Below, in pieces: positions 59,468 to 64,000 of a stretch of DNA of 64,000 nt. This DNA comes from Geopsychrobacteraceae bacterium (GTDB lineage Bacteria; Desulfobacterota; Desulfuromonadia; Desulfuromonadales; Geopsychrobacteraceae): positions 2,048,001 to 2,112,000 of the forward strand of contig CAXXTB010000002.1 of the NCBI GenBank assembly GCA_963676795.2. The letters run 5' to 3'. Made by a program: the position numbers and the translations under genes. The number at the start of each line of letters is the position of its first letter. Position 1 is the stretch's first letter. The notes beneath the pieces are model-generated. The model was not told the DNA's origin and made no database searches. It saw nothing but the letters and a program-made list of their open reading frames with translations.

Positions 59468-60286
59468 ATGCCGCACAAAAAAATGGGAGAAATCCTTCTC
59501 GAAAAGAAAATCATCTCTCAGGAAAATCTGGATAAAGCCCTGGAACAGCAAAAGAGGATAAAAAAGCCGATTGGCCAGATCCTCGAACAGATGGACGTTG
59601 TTCTGGAGGAGGATATCGCCCAGGCGCTGTCAACTCAGTTCGGGTTTCCGCTGGTCAAGCGCTTCGCCCAACACAAATTTTCGGCGGAGATCCTGCAACT
59701 GATCGATCCGGAAATTGCCGTCTCGAAACTGGTATTCCCACTCAAGCTCGACAAAAAGACCCTCTACCTGGCCATGGCCAATCCGCTGGATATGACCCTG
59801 CAGAGCGACATGTCCTTCAAACTGGGCTTACGGGTTTCCCCCTGCGTCAGCACCCCCGGTGAAATCACCAGAGCCATAAGGAGACACTATCTGGTCAAGG
59901 ATCAGTTGCTTGCCAAATCGGCGGTAAAAACAATTCTTCTGATTAACCAGTATGAGCTTGAGGCCTCAACAATCGAGGCCGCTCTTCAGAAGGAGGGGTT
60001 CGAAGTCGTCAGGGCGGCCACCGGCGGTGAAGGATTGACTCTCGCGGCCCAGATCGTTCCTAACCTGATTCTGACGGAAACGGTTCTGCCGCGCATGAAT
60101 GGCGAGCAGCTCTATTCGTCCCTGAAATCCAATACCATGCTGTTCAAGATTCCGATCATTGCACTCTCTTCGAAAGCGACGCCAGAGGAGGAGGTGCGCC
60201 TGCTCGACATGGGGTTCGAGGATTTCGTGTCCAAACCCCTGAATATGCCAAGATTGGTCGCCAGAATCCGTAAGGCGCTGCGCTGA
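59468..60286 (+). CDS. MshEN/T2SSE-N domain fused to a degenerate receiver domain
   Basis: KMGEILLEKKIISQENLDKALEQQ...IGQIL; LAMANPLD; REC fold ending FVSKP. Confidence 0.8.
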   Translation: MPHKKMGEILLEKKIISQENLDKALEQQKRIKKPIGQILEQMDVVLEEDIAQALSTQFGFPLVKRFAQHKFSAEILQLIDPEIAVSKLVFPLKLDKKTLYLAMANPLDMTLQSDMSFKLGLRVSPCVSTPGEITRAIRRHYLVKDQLLAKSAVKTILLINQYELEASTIEAALQKEGFEVVRAATGGEGLTLAAQIVPNLILTETVLPRMNGEQLYSSLKSNTMLFKIPIIALSSKATPEEEVRLLDMGFEDFVSKPLNMPRLVARIRKALR

Positions 60287-60625
60287 ACAGGCTGGAACAG
60301 CTCTCCAAAGAGATGCAGTTCGCCTGAACCTGCGCAGAAGAGAATCCTGGCGGAATTGATTTTTTCGAACCTGGAATCCTGAAAAAACGGCTTCATTCCA
60401 TGTTCAGAACCATGCCAGCTTTCACTGAATGGTCAAAAAAAATACCGTATTTTTTTTGACCATTTTTTATGCAAAACGGAGAAAAACCAGAGTTCAGAGG
60501 ACTTATCCGGACTTTTCCCCAGTTTTTCACAATTCTATCCACAGCCCCTGTGCAGCAGTTATTACTAGATATGAATACCAGTAATTATTTTAACAATTTA
60601 AAATGAAAGCGGACTATTTCCCCGG

Positions 60626-61126
60626 CTAATTTACGGCACAATCGGAAGGATCGCCCAACAGCTTTGCCAGGGCGTGAGGCAGGGCGGGCATTATGGCTTC
60701 CAGGTTTTCACGTACCCCCTTGGGGCTGCCCGGCAGATTGACAATCAGGGTCTGCTGACGAACACCAACCAGTGCCCGCGAGAGCATGGCGTGGGGAGTT
60801 TTCTGCATGCTTGCGGCACGCATGGCTTCAGCCATGCCCGGCACCTGATAGTCGAGCACAGACTCCGTTGCCTGCGGCGTGTTGTCTCGCGGACTCATCC
60901 CCGTACCTCCGGTTGTCAGAATCAGGTCAAGGCCGAGGTCATCGACCCAGCTCTTTAGCATCATGACAATCCGGTCGGTTTCATCCGGAATAATCTGATA
61001 GCGGACGACATCACCGAGGTCTTTCACCATATCGGCGAGGATCTTGCCGCTCTCGTCCTCACGCTCACCGCGCGCCCCCTTGTCTGACAGGGTCAGCACA
61101 CCAATCTTATAGGTCATTTTATTCAT
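60626..61126 (-). CDS. mog: Molybdopterin adenylyltransferase (MogA/MoaB)
   Basis: LTLSD, DESG, TTGGTG.SPRD.TP, LSR, NLPGSP. Confidence 0.9.
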   Translation of the reverse strand: MNKMTYKIGVLTLSDKGARGEREDESGKILADMVKDLGDVVRYQIIPDETDRIVMMLKSWVDDLGLDLILTTGGTGMSPRDNTPQATESVLDYQVPGMAEAMRAASMQKTPHAMLSRALVGVRQQTLIVNLPGSPKGVRENLEAIMPALPHALAKLLGDPSDCAVN

Positions 61127-61144
61127 TTTATCCTCACATCCGGC

Positions 61145-62161
61145 TTAGCGCTTCTTGGTCGTCAACATCCGTCGCGCATTGTTGACAATAGCCTGGGTCA
61201 CATTGCGACTTTTGGCAATTTCCCGCACGTCCTTATCCGTGAGAAAAGACATAAACCGCACAGCCTGCTGTAACGGTGTCCGCGGGTGATAGACCAGGGC
61301 CTTTTTCATATCATAGATCTTGACCCATTCCCTGTTGAGCAGAATGATTCGGATCAGCTCTTCACTGGTACTGCGGTTCTTGGCAATGTTCAGGACCTCT
61401 CCTTCGGAGATCCTCGGGTTCTTCAACACAGCGGTATTGACCTGCTTGTTCGATTCACGAATCAGCAACGAGCGCCACTCCTTGTCACCGGTCAAGGCCA
61501 TCTTGATCTTTTCCGAAACGCTCATATCCTGCAGAGCCTGAAACTTTGACAGGGTTGATTCGTCAAGCTCATCCGGGTCGATCTCTTCGTCAACCCCTTC
61601 GCCGTCCTCATCGCTGTCCTGTACTGCAGCTGGGGAAATTTCCTCCGGCTCCTCTTCCTGTTTCGGCTCAACCCAGCCAAGTCTGATCTTCAGCGACCTG
61701 CTCGAATGCGGATTGTTAATCAGCGCCAAACGGATAGCATCTGCCCGGTAGAAAATCTGGTCATTGCGGGACAGCATTTCAAGCACATCACCGGTGCCTT
61801 TCTCCGCGAGGAATTGCAGGCTCTTGAGAGAGACCATCCGGTGAGTCGTCGCTGCCTGCATGACAACATTGTCATGATAACGCAGCCGGACAATAAAATC
61901 GATGATCGCAGGGTGCAGTTCCTGCTGTGACAATGCGGCAAGCAGAATCTGCGCCGGCAGAGTGCTGAGGGTTTCACTGGCTTCACGACGCAACTCATCG
62001 TTTTCACCATTATAAAATACGAACAGCACCGTGACCAGGTTCGGGCCGGACATCGGCAAAGCACCACGTGCGGCAGCGAGACGGACGCTATGCCCGCCCC
62101 ACTTGCTCATGATCCTGGCAACTTCCGCCGGTATTTTGATCTGAACTTTTTCTTCTGCCAA
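61145..62161 (-). CDS. Helical-repeat hypothetical protein
   Basis: EKIKMALTGDKEWRSLL, VLKNPR, HPRTP; acidic linker; probable TTG start. Confidence 0.75.
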   Translation of the reverse strand: MAEEKVQIKIPAEVARIMSKWGGHSVRLAAARGALPMSGPNLVTVLFVFYNGENDELRREASETLSTLPAQILLAALSQQELHPAIIDFIVRLRYHDNVVMQAATTHRMVSLKSLQFLAEKGTGDVLEMLSRNDQIFYRADAIRLALINNPHSSRSLKIRLGWVEPKQEEEPEEISPAAVQDSDEDGEGVDEEIDPDELDESTLSKFQALQDMSVSEKIKMALTGDKEWRSLLIRESNKQVNTAVLKNPRISEGEVLNIAKNRSTSEELIRIILLNREWVKIYDMKKALVYHPRTPLQQAVRFMSFLTDKDVREIAKSRNVTQAIVNNARRMLTTKKR

Positions 62162-62165
62162 AGAG

Positions 62166-63002
62166 CTACCTGTTTTCAACCAGCGCGGCGCCGATTCCGG
62201 CATTGCGCAATTTCAAAATAAGTTGTTGAGCATCGTCCTTGGTCATGGCCGTGGTCACGATCAATATTCTCTTCAGCATGACCTTGCTCTCGACGATGTT
62301 GACCTTATGGCCATCCTTTTCGAGCTTCTGCTTCATCGTCTCTGCTCTTTCACGGTCGTGAAAGGAGGCCAGATATACGGCGTAGCCGTTCGCGTATGGC
62401 AGGATAAAAGCTGATGGCACCCTCTTCTGGAGTGTTTCAAGTCGCTGGTGAGCGGTCTTGGAATCATAGGTTCCGTCCAGCAGCCTGATCATCTCGACTT
62501 CACCGACACCCCTGCGTTTTTCGTACTGCAGCCCCAGCTCTTTCAATAAAGCCTCGGCATCCTCGAGGTTCGCGGAACTGATAAAAGGACCGATCTCGAC
62601 AGAGCAGTCCCGGGCAGCGGAAGTTGCCGCAGCAGACTCACCGGCATCAGCCACTGGCAGCGGTTCAGTAATAGGGGGCACACTCTGCTCAACAGCAGAG
62701 CCAGTTGCCACAGCGTCGGTCCGGTCAGGCTGTGCCGCAACCGCGGCCGACTCAGCACGTTGCGGCACCGGGAAACGATATTCCCTGGCAACGGATGGCT
62801 CTGCCGGCGGCAGAGACGGAACGGCGAACAAATAAAAGCCATATCCCAGACCGGCCAGGATCAGACAAAGCAGCACAAGCAGCAAAATTGTTCCCCCGCC
62901 CCCAACTGTGGACGGGGGAACAGCTTGGACCTGGCGCTCGACCAGCTGGTCAATAGCACTCCCCCGCTCCCTTTCGTCCTGCGGCACTTCATGATCAGCC
63001 AT
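62166..63002 (-). CDS. Membrane-anchored SPOR-domain protein
   Basis: Single TM, Pro/Ala linker, VEIGPF and VYLASF...A SPOR-like repeats. Confidence 0.7.
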   Translation of the reverse strand: MADHEVPQDERERGSAIDQLVERQVQAVPPSTVGGGGTILLLVLLCLILAGLGYGFYLFAVPSLPPAEPSVAREYRFPVPQRAESAAVAAQPDRTDAVATGSAVEQSVPPITEPLPVADAGESAAATSAARDCSVEIGPFISSANLEDAEALLKELGLQYEKRRGVGEVEMIRLLDGTYDSKTAHQRLETLQKRVPSAFILPYANGYAVYLASFHDRERAETMKQKLEKDGHKVNIVESKVMLKRILIVTTAMTKDDAQQLILKLRNAGIGAALVENR

Positions 63003-63066
63003 AATACTCCTCTATCACAAGTTTCAGGGGTACCGTCGGTACCCCTGATTGTCAACCTTAAGCGAA

Positions 63067-64000
63067 TTATTCCTGGTTCCCCAGTTCTTCAAGAATCTTG
63101 ACCGTCTGATGCGTCGGCACCTCTTCGTACTTGCTGAACTCCATGGTAAACATGCCGCGATCCGAAGTCATGGAACGCAGTTCGGGAGCATAGCGCAGAA
63201 CCTCGGCCATGGGAACCTCGGCCATGATCACCTGGCTGTTGGCCTGGGGTTCAACCCCGACGACCTTGCCCCGCCGGGAGTTCAGATCGCCGATGACATC
63301 CCCCATGCAGTCATCCGGTACGCTGACCTCCATCGCCATGATCGGTTCCAGCAGAATCGGCTTACACTGCTCCATCGCCTTTTTGAAGGCCATGGAACCG
63401 GCGACCTTGAAGGCCATCTCCGAAGAATCAACGGAATGGTGTGAACCGTCATAAAGGGTGACCTGAACGTCAACGACCTGGTTCTTGGTCAGCGGACCGG
63501 TCTTCATCGCCTCGACAACCCCCTTGTCAACGGCCGGGATATAGTTTCTCGGCACCACCCCACCGACAACCTTGTCGACAAACTGATAACCTTCACCGCG
63601 GGAGAGAGGTTTGACCTCGATCCAGACGTCACCGTACTGACCGCGCCCGCCGGACTGTTTCTTGTACTTGCCCTGCACCTGAGCAGAAGCCTTGATCGTT
63701 TCACGGTAGGGGACCTTCGGCTCCTTGAGGACAACATCGGCGCCGTACTTGCGCTTCAGCCGCTCAACGGCAACCTCAAGGTGGACCTGCCCCATCCCCG
63801 ACAGAACCATTTCCTTGGTTTCCTCATCGCGAACAACTGTCAGGGTCGGATCCTCTTCCATCAGTTTCTGCAAACCGGTGTAGATCTTGTCCTCGTCCCC
63901 CTTCGATTTCCCTTCAAGAGCGAAGGAGATAATCGACTTGAGTGGAATCAGCGGCTCGTACATGACCGGGTTCTTGAGGTCACAGAGGGTATCACCGGTT
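63067..64000 (-). CDS. fusA: Elongation factor G or paralogue, C-terminal part (5' end outside window)
   Basis: EEDPT, SGMGQVHLE, VPYRETI, KKQSGGRGQYG, DGSHHSVDSSEMAF, LEPIM, GDLNSRRG. Confidence 0.93.
   Translation of the reverse strand, partial: TGDTLCDLKNPVMYEPLIPLKSIISFALEGKSKGDEDKIYTGLQKLMEEDPTLTVVRDEETKEMVLSGMGQVHLEVAVERLKRKYGADVVLKEPKVPYRETIKASAQVQGKYKKQSGGRGQYGDVWIEVKPLSRGEGYQFVDKVVGGVVPRNYIPAVDKGVVEAMKTGPLTKNQVVDVQVTLYDGSHHSVDSSEMAFKVAGSMAFKKAMEQCKPILLEPIMAMEVSVPDDCMGDVIGDLNSRRGKVVGVEPQANSQVIMAEVPMAEVLRYAPELRSMTSDRGMFTMEFSKYEEVPTHQTVKILEELGNQE

Overview
A 64-kb chromosomal segment, mostly housekeeping, from an anaerobic deltaproteobacterium, most likely Desulfuromonadales (inferred from gene content and the icd-mdh-korDABC order). 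It carries a type IV pilus region (orphan sensor kinase, fimT-pilV-pilW-pilX-pilY1-pilE, ribF, pilB, pilT), TCA genes, hisS/aspS, a REC-GGDEF cyclase, comEC, fbp, pepN, dcd, ilvA, a radical SAM/DUF4130 pair, a DUF4492-cydA-cydB operon with a frameshifted cydB, desulfoferrodoxin, fhs, tandem sirtuins, mog and a partial EF-G gene. Elements missed by the ORF track: (1) a HesB-like selenoprotein with in-frame UGA and SECIS-like hairpin, next to an FmdB-type gene that may also read through UGA; (2) a 28-aa membrane peptide gene after cydB; (3) a stand-alone 6S-like ncRNA with its own promoter and terminator; (4) two copies of a ~141-bp structured repeat with compensatory base changes; (5) a candidate attenuator upstream of dfx; (6) a DnaA-box-like array beside a perfect palindrome. 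I saw no CRISPR array, rRNA, tRNA, transposase or prophage. All family calls come from motif recognition by eye, not database searches.
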